Positions 12,801-24,200 of a DNA stretch of 64,000 nucleotides are shown here, in pieces. The position numbers were made by a program, and so were the translations under genes. The notes below the pieces were generated by a model. That model had not been told where the DNA came from. It saw only the letters and a list, made by a program, of their open reading frames with translations, and ran no database searches. Numbering within the stretch: position 1 is the first letter of the stretch; the number at the start of each line of letters is the position of its first letter. The DNA comes from Leidyana gryllorum EB-2025a (lineage: Eukaryota; Protista; Apicomplexa): positions 124,001 through 188,000 of the forward strand of contig JBLWGC010000133.1 in NCBI GenBank assembly GCA_048772705.1, in the 5' to 3' direction.

Positions 12801-15800
12801 CGTCAGCAAGTGACGTCTCTGTTGATGTACTTTAGGACTTTGGCTCGCGATATGAGAGAGAACAATACAATGGTCATTCGAAAGGGAATGGAAGTGGTCG
12901 CAGCGGTACTGGAGAAGTGCGCCCAACTGCAGAACGAAGGTCGCTACAAAGGCCCAGAATACCGCCAATCCCTCCCAGATGTCCCTAACAGTGTCATAAC
13001 TACCGTATTGGCCGCAGCCATTCTCCGTCCCACCTTTGATCGAGTGAGTCCTCTCTCTCCCTCTACGGCTCTCTCCCTCTCTCCCTCTCTCTTTGAAGAC
13101 TCTCTTATTCAGATGGGAGATACTCGTGTGACCAAACAGGCGGGAGTTTTGTTCTCGCTGATGTCGGAACTGTTGGGTCCGTCATTCGTCTTTTATCTAT
13201 TGGCCGATTGCGTTCACAAAACGGCTAATCTGAAGGTGAGACAGTGCATTGCCGGTCTCTCGGCTTGTCACCTAACAGCCTCTCTCTTCTTCCTCATCAG
13301 AACCAGAGCGAAGGCATTATGCTATTGGGCACTCTGGTGTCCGAGTTCTCACCCGCGCAGCTGCCGAATTCAGTCGTGTTGGAGACTTTCAAAGAGATGT
13401 TGGCGGACGGGAAAACGGTGAGTACAGCGAGCGAGCGCCGGTTCTCGCTGTTGGACGTCTCTTTGCTCAGCAATCCAAGAAGAGTATGACCCATCTGGCG
13501 ATCTGTATTATGGCAACGCGTCGGATCCCGTCATCGAGGGACTTTGTCAGTCTGTTGAATCAGACCAATTGCAAAAAGACGGTCAAACCAATGGTCATGA
13601 AGGAGATGGAAGCGATCACATATACTCTCTCTCAGTATCCCCAACTCGCAGCGGCTGCCGGTGGGAACTTTCCTCGGAGAGTTTGTGGGACCAAAGAGGT
13701 GGTGGGTGCCGCGCCCCCGCAAGCGTTGGTTCCGACTGTCACCGAAGTCCCTCTCACAAGAATCATCACCACTCAGTTTATGAAAGATCTCTCTGATCCG
13801 AACTGGAAAGTTCGAAGAGACAGATGTCTGGAGCTGGTCGATTTTTGTACCCCCGACAAGTGTCTTCAAGTCGCGTCTGGCTTTACGGATGTCGCTTCCG
13901 CATTCCGGACGCGAATGCAGGCCGTAAGCTTTCCTATCTCGTCAGCTCGTTGACATTTGTTGCACCAACGATACAGGAATCCAACCGTATAGTCAACAAG
14001 GCTCTCATTGACGCGTGTGCCGCGCTGCCGTGTTCCATCGAGCACAATGCTACGACGAGACAGGCAGCCCGGATTCTATTGCCCACCATGTTGCTCAAGT
14101 TTAGCGATCGCTCACCGCAAGTCAGTGCTGCGGCCTTCTTGGGTCTCAAGGCGTGGCTCAATAGAGTCGGCCTGTTCGTGTTTGTACATGCGGCTCTCTT
14201 CCCCGCCGGCAGCCGACCTGCGAGCGTACGGATACCAACAGACCGCAAAACCGAACTCTACGGCGCCATTTCGGAGTTTCTCAGTGATCCGGAGGCCTAT
14301 TTCGATACCGACCCTCTCATCGTCAATCCAGATGGGCAGCCATTAGGGGTGAGAGAACTTGCGGTCCTTCTCCTCTGCTCACACCGTATCGCAGCCTTTC
14401 CTCACTCTTCTGCTCTCCGAAGCCATCAGCGAGAGGGTTGCGCCTCTGCGGGAAGTTGTTTTCGACGTTGTCTCGAGGTGTCTTTTGGGTCTGCATCTAT
14501 CTGAACTCTACACCCTCGATCACGAGATCAGTACCGTCACACCGCAGCAATTCCCACGTATCCGAGAACTGACAGAGCTCGTCATTGGCCGGATTCAGGA
14601 ACTCGCCCCACCCGAGCCAATCCCAGCGCCCCCTCCCGCACCCCCCTCACAACCCGTGTCTCAACAACCCCGATGGGCGGCTGGTGACCCCCAACACTAC
14701 ATGGACGACACCATTTCCTCCCAGTCCAGCATGAGAGCTAATGTACTCGGCCAACCGCGTCAACAGAGAGTCAGTCGTTCCAGCCGTGATGTGACCGATC
14801 CCATCTCACCCGTTCGCGATCAACGGGTCGTGGGCGGCGGCACCCGCGGGAGCAGCACCAATATGCAGCTATTGCCCAATCCTCCAAAGTGAGCGAACCA
14901 AACTAAACTTGTCCCCTCATCAACAGCGCTGCAGTACCAACCCGACTTCTCGGGAAGCCGCCTTTATACGGGCCGGAGCCCGATGGCCAGTGGCATTGTC
15001 CCAAGACGACTTGATGCGACTGGCTGACGAGTGGAAACCGCACGTGAGCCGTGAGTGTTCTGGAAGCGTTGACGAGTTTTATATATTCACTATCGACTCT
15101 CTCAGCTTTGTTACACGATGCGATGTTCTACGATCCCGGAAACCGAAGTCGGGGTGCGCGTATGACCAAACTGACGCAGGCTCTCGTGTTTTGGCAAGAA
15201 TTGTTGGACTTTGATGTTCTGGAGATCCGTCCCAACTCGTCAGCCAACATGGGCGACCGGCCTCCGTGTCCCTCTGTGGACTCGAGGCTCGGAGCGCATC
15301 CGCGATATGAGAGAATTTTGGGTCAGGCTGAGGGGCTGCTGGATTTGTTGTTCCGGTGGGCCACACTACGACTGCAAGACAGCAACACGCGAGTGGCCCG
15401 TCACGCTGCTGAGCTGCTCCAACAGACATTGGGACGCTTGATAGCAGCCCAACAGGATGCGCGAAGTCTGAGTCAACTGATCAGAGAGGAAGCCGGCGGA
15501 GCCCTCACAGATCAGGAACAAGACATATTGGACTATCTCGAGACTGAAGGCAAAATTAGTCTAACTCAAGTTAATGTATTGTTACCGCACCTATTGGATC
15601 GCGCGTTCCTCAATATTCCAGGCACGCAAGCCTTCACCAACATTGTGAAGGATGTCATGTTGGCCTTAACTCTGGTCACTCCCGATCCACCTGCACTATT
15701 CCATACCACTCTTCGAATTGCCCCGAGACGTCCTGAAATTCTGGAACTAACGTCATTCCTCATAGAGCAGAATGGCTGGCGACTTTGCCGAGATATACTC

Positions 15801-18653
15801 GACGAACTCCAAGATTTCGCTCGATTGAGTCTCAGTAACAATGAATATGATGGCAACACTCGACACCTCGCCGCACAGTGTATGACTTTAATCCTACTCT
15901 CGCTCCCCCGAGACGTCGCTGCCGAGATACTAAATGAGTTGGACATGATGGTACCCGGAAGCAGACGCCATATGTCCAAATTTGTCAAGGCCAACCCCGG
16001 CCTACTCAACGTCTTTCCGAGCGAAGGCTTGCCGCCCCTCGATGGCACACTACCCACACACGCTCAAACCTCCCCCACCGACACCGATCAGCCGGTGCCG
16101 GATGAAGGAACCGCAACGGGCGCAATACCCGACTCATCGGTCCGTGACTTCGCTGCTGATTTCGACAAAGCTGTCGATGATGTTGGCATTGAACAGAGTC
16201 TGATTGAAGCCAAACAAGCTATCGCTGGAATGAGACTCGATATGAGACTTGTCAACTGTAAACTCGTCATGCAAGACTTTATGCTCGAACTACGCAAGGA
16301 GAAAGAAGGCCGAAACATCTCCGTCGAGTACGAGATGCGCTATTGGAATGCTGTTCGACATATTGAATATGTCCGCAAAGCTCCCAAAGTTCAACATGTT
16401 ACCATCATGCTCGAGGCGTCTCGCCTTGGAACCTCTGATCTCAACCTCATCAAAGAAGCTGCTATACTCCTGAGATCTCTGTTGGCCCCCGAACAGGCCA
16501 ACATCAACGCTCTCGATGTCCCGAATGAGAACTGCAGCGAACCTTCTCAGCACAACAATCCCAACACCCAGTCAATGACCTCCGCCGATTGGCCCTATAT
16601 GTTCTCCGGAGAACTAATCACCTCCTGTGCAAAAGCTCTCTTCACCGTCTTCAGAGCTGAAGCTCTGACCCATCCGGAAAGCTCTGTACTCTTTGATGAG
16701 ACTGCGGAAGCGGTGACGCAGGTAAGTGTTAAAGAGAGAGCATGAACGCCTCGAGCATCACCTTCTTAGCTGACGTTGAGTTTGGTAAAGATCAAGAAGG
16801 TCTTATATCCCGTGTCACCCAGTCAACTCAAAAAGCTCTTCAGAGCTGTTCTGACCGCCATGAGCTCTCACACCATCTGGGCCTCATCCCCTATAAGTGA
16901 CAAATTGGTCGATAGACTCAACATTATCATGGGACACCATCTGATGGGTGTGGTGTCTCCTCGAACTGCGTAAGCACACACGTGTGCAGGCAGGTGTTTT
17001 ACTGAAAATGATTGCACTTCAGATCGTCGCTGATTGAGGTCATCTTTGAGTTCTTGATTTCGACGTCGACAGACCCGACGTCGCATGTATCTCAGCCGCT
17101 CAACTTGATAGATCTAGGGCTGTTCCTAAGGGTCTTCAGACGCTTGTTGCGCAAACTCAATACCAAGCATCCGCTCAAGTCCACGAAGGAAAAGGATGCT
17201 GAGGATGCCTCGTCCGTTCGGATCTACCCTTTGACGCTGCACGATCGCCTCAACTATCTGAGGCTCTTGGATGTAAGTGGCCCTTTGTATTTGGTAGCTG
17301 TCTTTCCCACTTCGATTCATTCATCAGGTGACCCTAATGTGTTTGTTGTTTGTGGAGATCAAAGTTCCTCTCCCCCCTTTGGAGACTCTGAGCTCCCATA
17401 AGATTCTGGAGGAAGATGAAAACATGTCGGCCTCACACCACGGCGGAGGCCTCTTCGGCAACTCGTCGCAGGTCGAGGGTTTCGACCCCGAGTTTGCAGC
17501 GCGTTTGCGGGAGACCTTGGAGACATGTTTGAGAGAGTTGTTTGAGGTTCTCTTTGTGTATTGGTGAGCGATGAACGTCTACTGTGCCCAGCTTACAGCT
17601 GTCTATAGTCCGCACTTGTGTGCCATATACTTCCGCGACAAACAGCTGGCATCCCAGCCGGCTCTTGAGGAATTGGTGCAAGACTTTGTTCAAGGCGGGA
17701 GCAAGATTGACTTGGAGCTAAGTCAAGAGCAGATGAGCAGCTTGTCGAGCGCAACTTGTCTGCCATTGATTCTGAAGCCTGATCTGACGCGTTCTGAGTT
17801 TGTTTCATACTGTTTGGAGCGACTGATGAATAAAGCAGTGAACTTGGAGGGCACAGAGAATCGCTCGGGCGGGTACACCATGGAAGCCCTCAAGTCATTC
17901 GACGGCACGGAACAGCCGCCGTCGTGCAGCGGCCAAATGCCATTGGGGAGTGGGTCGTCAAAGGTTGATTACTTTACGCTCCACGCTGACTATGTGCGAC
18001 AATGCCCGAGCCGTCTCTCTCTACCGGCTGAGAGGCCCCAATTCAGCATTGATGCCTTTGTGGCCGAAGCTCCGGCCACCATCACTCTGAAACAGTTGGA
18101 CTCAACGCTGGCCACGGGATGGGCAGCGCGAAGGGATCACGTATATGGCAAAGAGGGCAACCAGTCTAAGCCGGTGTTCGAAGACATTATCCCAGCGGCT
18201 GAGCTGTTCAGGACTTGGAACCTCAGGATAGATCGTCTGCGAGGCAGTTTGGACACTGATCTTCCCAGATCCCCCATGGCGAACCAACAGCAGTTGGACG
18301 AGACGGACGACCAGGAGACTCAAGGCGCCAAGCTGACTCGACTCGCGTAAGTCACTTGAAGTCTTTCATACGTCACTCCTCCCCTAACTGTGCAGGATGA
18401 GATTCCGACAGATGAAAGTGACGAGTTGAGGGGGCACAAAGACAAGCAGAAAATCGAAAACAAAGAGAATAGTGTTAAAGTAATTTGTTTGAGTGAAACT
18501 AGAGTCATGTTGATATGGAGCACCGTTCGTGGTAGACCCCAGCCATCATCAAAAGATCTGCAGCGCTGTGCAGAGACTCTGCAGTGAGTTGAAGTTAGGA
18601 CTATACAGTGACTGATTATGTCGGGCTTGGTACAAAAGCTTGAGGATGAGTGA
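9875..18653 (+). CDS. XMAP215/ch-TOG/Stu2-family TOG-domain microtubule polymerase, many exons; 3' end tentative (18587 or 18653)
   Basis: TOG hallmarks: KLPIAERLVAARWETK, AAKWSDKK, PKLKDKNK, KDKNPQLR...WL, NNWKERS, RENNTMV, LSDPNWKVR and WATLRLQDSNTRV. HEAT-like helices are separated by Pro/Ala linkers. Confidence 0.85.
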
Positions 18654-18786
18654 GACAGTCATTTGAGGTATCGGTACCCGAGATCTGGCTGGGTGCCCTC
18701 TTTGAAAGATTTCGCAATTAACTAATGTCGCGTTCTCTGAACCGGGCAGGGCCGATTCACTGACGCACACTCCCCCCCACCAGCTG

Positions 18787-18811
18787 AGTCAGTCAGTCAG
18801 TCAGCCAGTCA
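18787..18811. repeat. (CAGT)n tetranucleotide microsatellite, intergenic
   Basis: Sequence reads agtcagtcagtcagtcagccagtcag. Confidence 0.8.
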
Positions 18812-19097
18812 GCGGAAAGCGTTTGCCATGCGAGAGAGAGAGAAAGAGATTCAATAAGAGAGATGGAGAGTGTGGGGCGGGGCGGGGCTGGAACAGCAAG
18901 TTCATCCAATAGCCAATGGTGTCTTTGGATTGCCGCGTGGAGCTGTTAGGTGCGCCTACTGTTGGCAGGGCGAGAGATGAGTGTGTGACACACGGAGCAG
19001 ATCCTCCTATGTCAGATTCCGGATATTGGGAGTATGAAACTTGTGTTCGACCCTCGCTTGTTCACTCGCTCGCACGCTTTTCTGTATGTCGCAGGGT

Positions 19098-19984
19098 TCA
19101 ATAAGTCGAGAGCCACCGGTCCAGCTCCTCGGAACCCCCAATCAACTTCCCATCGATAAAGACCTGGGGAACGCTGGCCTTGCCAGTCATGGCACCGACC
19201 ACGATTCCTCTGTTCCAATCGGGTAGCGGAATATCGACGTAGGCGAGTTCGCGAGCCTTCAGTGCGGCTTTCGCATGGATGCAGAACCGGCAGCCCTCTT
19301 TGGAGAGAAGAGCAATTCGGGGAGGCGGCTGGGCCTTGGGTGCAATGTACTTGAGCATAGTGTCCGCGTCCGACTGTCCATAAGGATCGGCACCTTCTTC
19401 AGGCTCCAGAAAGATCTTTTCAATTGTACCGTTGCGTACGAGCATTGAATAACGCCACGATCTACACACAAGGAGAAAGAAGTAGTGGCAGGTTGTGAGA
19501 AGTATCGTGCGCGGTTACACGCGAGTGGGTACACAAGGACATTTACTCAGACCCACACACGCGCGAACACACACACGGAGACACAGGTGCGCGTGTCGCC
19601 GGTGGCTTACCTTTCTCCGAATCCAATGGCAGTCTTATCGACGTTGAGCCCCATTGCCTTTGCAAATTCACCATTACCGTCCGGTAGCATCTTTACATGT
19701 TGAATCTTGTGAGCAGCGGCCCAAGCGTTCATAACAAAAGTGTCGTTTACGGAGGTACAGAAGACGTCGTCCACACCCGCTCTCCTGAAGGCCGGGAAGA
19801 GTTCGTCATACCTTGGCAAATGACTCGTGGAACAGGTGGGTGTGAAAGCCCCTGGCAAGCCGAAGATAACCACGGTTTTTCCTTTCACCAAGTCCGCCAG
19901 TTTCCAATCCTCCCACCCGTCTGAGCCGAAGACGGCAAAGTTACAGGAGGGTAGGGGTTTCCCTTGCATATGGCAAACGGGCAT
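19098..19984 (-). CDS. Hybrid peroxiredoxin (Prx5-type)-glutaredoxin, PGdx-like, copy A (245 aa)
   Basis: Exons 19984-19611 and 19461-19098. Contains GLPGAFTPTCSTSHLPRY, SVNDTFVMNAW, LPDGNGEF, GFGERSWRYSMLV and SDADTML, then a Grx domain EGCRFC...SVPQVFIDGKLIGGSEEL. Confidence 0.93.
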
Positions 19985-20171
19985 CTTGAGAGGGGTGGTT
20001 GTGAGAAGTGTGTGTACTGGAAGGCAGAATTGTGTTTTTGATATTTCTATTGTCGTTTGTGGCGCACACAAATTTGGAGTTGGCACGCGTTTGATGTTTA
20101 AGAACGGATGGTAGTCCCAAATAATGTTTTTATGGCCTTGAAGGCATTTTATAAAAGTGCCAAAGATCAAA
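19985..20171. promoter_or_regulatory. Probable bidirectional promoter between the two Prx-Grx copies
   Basis: A 187-bp spacer, AT-richer than its flanks, lies between divergent ATGs. It contains the self-complementary TTTTATAAAA at 20147-20156. Confidence 0.5.
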
Positions 20172-21081
20172 ATGCCGATTTGTGACATGGAAGGCAAGCC
20201 TATCCCCGAGACGCGATTTCACGTCTTTGGGTTGAGGGGTTGGGAGGAGTGGAAAATAGCAGACCGATGTAAAGGCAGGACTGTCATTATCTTTGGTCTT
20301 CCCGGTGCTTTCACGCCCACTTGCTCTACCAGTCACTTGCCGAGGTATGATGAACTATACCCAGTTTTCAAAAAGCTCGGAGTGGATGATATTTACTGTC
20401 TTGCCATCAATGATACATTCGTCATGAACGCCTGGGCGGCGGCTCATCGGACTGAGCACGTGACAATGCTTCCCGATGGCAACGGCGACTTCTCTCGACA
20501 AATGGGACTTGCTGTAGCCAAAAGATCCATTGGATTCGGTGAAAGGTGAGACATGCTTCAGGTTATCTATCTCTTCTACTTTTACTCATTACACGGGATC
20601 GGGCGGCGACGACGCTTTCGCATTCTCGCTTTCTCTTTCGTTGTCTCTGCCTGCCTGTCTGTCTGTCTGTCTTGTTGTGGTGTTGCGGCGGTTATGCTGC
20701 TTGTCACGTAGGTCGTGGAGGTATTCGATGCTGGTGAAAGATGGGATCATTGAGAAGATTTTCGTTGAGCCGGAACAAGGCCTCGATCCTTATCAGCTCT
20801 CAGACGCCGACACAATGCTCCACTACCTGAGCCCGGAAGCGAAGGCCCCGCCTCGCATAGCCATCCTCACAAAGGAAGGCTGCCGCCACTGTTCCATCGC
20901 CAAACAAGAGCTCTTCAAACGCCAGTTACGTTTTGTAGAGGTACCTTTGCCCGATTGGAACAGAGGCGTCGCCATTGGTGCTTTCACTGGAAAGTCATCG
21001 GTGCCCCAGGTCTTCGTGGACGGCGTCTTAATTGGGGGTTCCGAGGAACTCAAGACTTGGCTTAATTCACAATCGCTCTAA
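20172..21081 (+). CDS. Hybrid peroxiredoxin (Prx5-type)-glutaredoxin, PGdx-like, copy B (247 aa)
   Basis: Exons 20172-20545 and 20712-21081. Same motifs as copy A, with Grx site EGCRHC. Confidence 0.93.
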
Positions 21082-21234
21082 TTTTACACCGAATGTGAGG
21101 GAGAGGAGAGAGAGACAGACAGAGGGAGAGAGGGGGGCGACAGCAGGCTGACAGGCGCAGGCAGAAAGGCAGCTTCGGTCGGTTCAAATGTGGATCTCCA
21201 AAATCCTCATGGAATACAATCATCGAGGCCGTCC

Positions 21235-24200
21235 TCATCGCTTGGCCCGTTTTGTTGGCCTGCGGCTTATCAACGTCCCCTCCTCTTCGTCTTCGCCTCC
21301 TTCTCCTTCCCCCGCTCTCTTCGAAACTTTTGTTATCGTTGAGGTTCCATTCTTGAAGGCCGTTCTGCAGTTTTCAAGTTTCCCTCCCCACAACAAGAGG
21401 TTCCATATTCACCTAAATAGCACATCAGCGTTCCGATACAGGTTGTCCTTGTGCGATATCACAATGAATTGTGACTGCGAGAAATACTTCTTGATCATCT
21501 CACCCAAATGCTGCGTATGGTTAGCATCCAACGCCGCGTCCACCTCGTCCAGAATGTAGAAGGGCGAGGGCTGTGATCAAATTACATGAGACGTTCACAA
21601 TTGGCCAAATGCCCTCATACGTCACCCACTCACTCATTATCATTCAATCTATCATACATCCATATATCAACACACACACACACTCGCATAATGTCAGGTC
21701 AGCAAACAATGGAAGACTGAATTAACACATTTCGCCGTCATGGCCGCCACAACAAAACGAAAACAACTTTATGAGCCTTACATTCAGTTTGAGCAGCGCC
21801 AGAGTCAGAGACAAGGCTAAAAGACTCTTCTGGCCCCCGCTCAGCTCGGTCAGATTCAGCTTACGGGTACCACCTAATCGCACCTGCATTTCCAAACCTT
21901 TGTTCAGATTGTTCGGCTCCACACATCCGAGCATAGCTTCAGCACCCGGCAGAAGAGTGCTGAACACTTGATTGAAAAGCCCGTTGACTTTTGCGAACGA
22001 TGTCTCCAACTTAACTTTCTTCTGAGAGTCAATGTTCTTGATAAAGTCCAACACTTTGTCGCGCTGCTCTTCAACTCGAGCTTTGTCGCGCTTCAATGCG
22101 TCAAAGTCCTTCTCCGCCACCGCCAATAACTCAATCGCTTTGCGATCGATCTTCATTTGCAACTCACTCCGCTGACGATTCATGTTATTCAATACATCAC
22201 GCAACTCCGCCGGCGTCTCTTTGCTGTACTCTCGCTCCACCTCCTCCTTCACCCCAGGATCAACACCACTTTGGTTACCCATCTCCTCGTCCGCCAATTT
22301 GATTTGCTGCGACGCATGGCCCTCGCTGCCACTCAACCCCCCCCCCTCGGCCTACCTTCTTGGCGTTCTCGATAGACTCCTTGGCTTTCCGGGAGGCACC
22401 CTTGACAGACGTAATCTCATCCTGGCTATCCGCAATGTCCTTTTGGATCTCAGCAATCTTCTCCTCAGCCGACTCGTACTCTGCTTTCAATTTGGCATGC
22501 GTGTCCTGTACCGCCTGCAGCTCGGCACCGACCACCTCTGTCTCTTTGGCCTTCTTCTGATGCTCGGCTTCAAGCTCGGCCAGAGTCTTTTCGTGCACTG
22601 TCAGCTCGGTGGTTGTGATCTGCTGTATCTCTTCTTGGATGGTCTCCACCCGACCGTTCAAAGATGCGTGCTGTGTACGCAGATCCTCCATTGCCTTACA
22701 AATGTCCGCCAAAGCCGTTCCAGCGGCTTTCAAAGCCTTCTGGGAGCTGGCGAGCTCCTTCTCCATCTTTGCCAACTATATCACACGTGTGTGTCGATAC
22801 TGAAAGCGGTCCCGTGTCTCACCTGTTGAGCTTTATTGTTGGTGAACTTCTCCACCAAGTCTGTCAGTGGCTTCAGGGTCGACTCTAACGTCTTAATACG
22901 TTCCTTCAACTCCTTTTCCTTGTTGTTCAGATCGACCAGCTGCTCGATGCAGATCAGTGACAATAACCAAGATTGATTTTACCTCTTCTTCAGCCTTTCG
23001 CAAACGGCCTTCGTCGCTGACTTCTTTGGCTGTGTTGATTTTCTCCTCGGCAGCCGCAACTTCGCGCTTAAACTTTGCCACTTCAGATTCCAGATCGGTG
23101 GCTATATGTTCCTGATTGGTGGATTTGACAACCGCATTCTTGAGAACTCTGCAGATCAGGCAGTGCAGGATGAGACGTTTGTGAAGACAAACTATGCTCA
23201 CTCCAATCTTTTCTCGATTTCATCCACATTTCGGCGGCACAATCGATAGTTGGCAGCGTCGGTGAGGATATTGTTGAAGCCAGCTGTCGATCCACCGGAT
23301 ATGTTGCCGGCGCCATCCCACTTCTCCCCTTGTATGGTGATGGTGGGATACTTCCATCCTTGGGTATTGTACAGCTGATGCAGGAAAGAGGTCTTGATTG
23401 ATCCGGACCACGCACCTTCTCTGCTGTTTCTCGTTTTTGACAGAGAAAGACCCCTGGGAACACTGTACACAGTGCTGCGTGATGCTTCTTGTCGCTCAAT
23501 CTGTAGTTTGAGCGTCTCAGCCGCTCCTCACAGTTGGAACTCACTCGAGGCACTCCATTGGGTGAACAACCAAATCCTCAAAAGGTTCTCCAGCCTGTCT
23601 GGCCTGCGCTTTGACTTGCGCAGTCGGTTCTGCACCTCGGACTTTGTTCAGCGGCATACAGGTTGCTCGCTGGTTGCGAGCTTTGACCCATTCGAACACC
23701 ACCTGCGCGACTCGATCGTCCCGCACCACGATCTGACGCAATTTGGCCTTGGCGCATTCCTGTTGGTTAGAACGGCGTGCTTCAATCGACAACGGTGAGC
23801 TATTTGGGACCCACCTCGAGGGCCAAAACGTAACGGTTGAAGTTCTCTTTTACCTCAAAGAGTTCAAAGACAGCACCGGGCATCTGAAATAATGAGATCA
23901 CTCGTCGGCAGCGGGCGGGGTGAGCTTACTAAGGACGGATCGTTGACTGCCTGACGGAAGAGTTTGGCTCTGCTGATCTCTGCCCGGCGTTCGATAGCCT
24001 CGAGTTCTTGTCGCGCGTTCTCCAGCTCTGAGGCCAAGCGGCCATGTTCAACGATGAGGCGTTCATGGGCTTCAGGGTCGAACGCGAGGGTGGCCAATCG
24101 CTGTGTGGCTGCAGCCAACTTGAGTTTGGTCGCCTCACACGCCTTCTCGAGACCCTCCAGTTGCTGCATCCGTCAGTCGATTCCCGTGTCCCCGCCGTCT

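Noticed and set aside
12027-12968. 313-aa minus-strand ORF
   Set aside because: It is antisense to XMAP215 exons over a GC-rich linker, with no motifs.
18872-18890. GGGGCGGGGCGGGGC as a G-quadruplex or GC box
   Set aside because: It has only three full G-tracts and lies between convergent 3' ends, so no function can be supported.
19098-21081. Bacterial contamination or assembly-induced inverted duplication
   Set aside because: Both copies have spliceosomal introns, are strongly diverged in nucleotide sequence and are flanked by eukaryotic genes.
21573-21780. Long SMC2 intron as a snoRNA host
   Set aside because: No convincing C/D or H/ACA box arrangement was seen; the length is partly explained by GT-rich low complexity.
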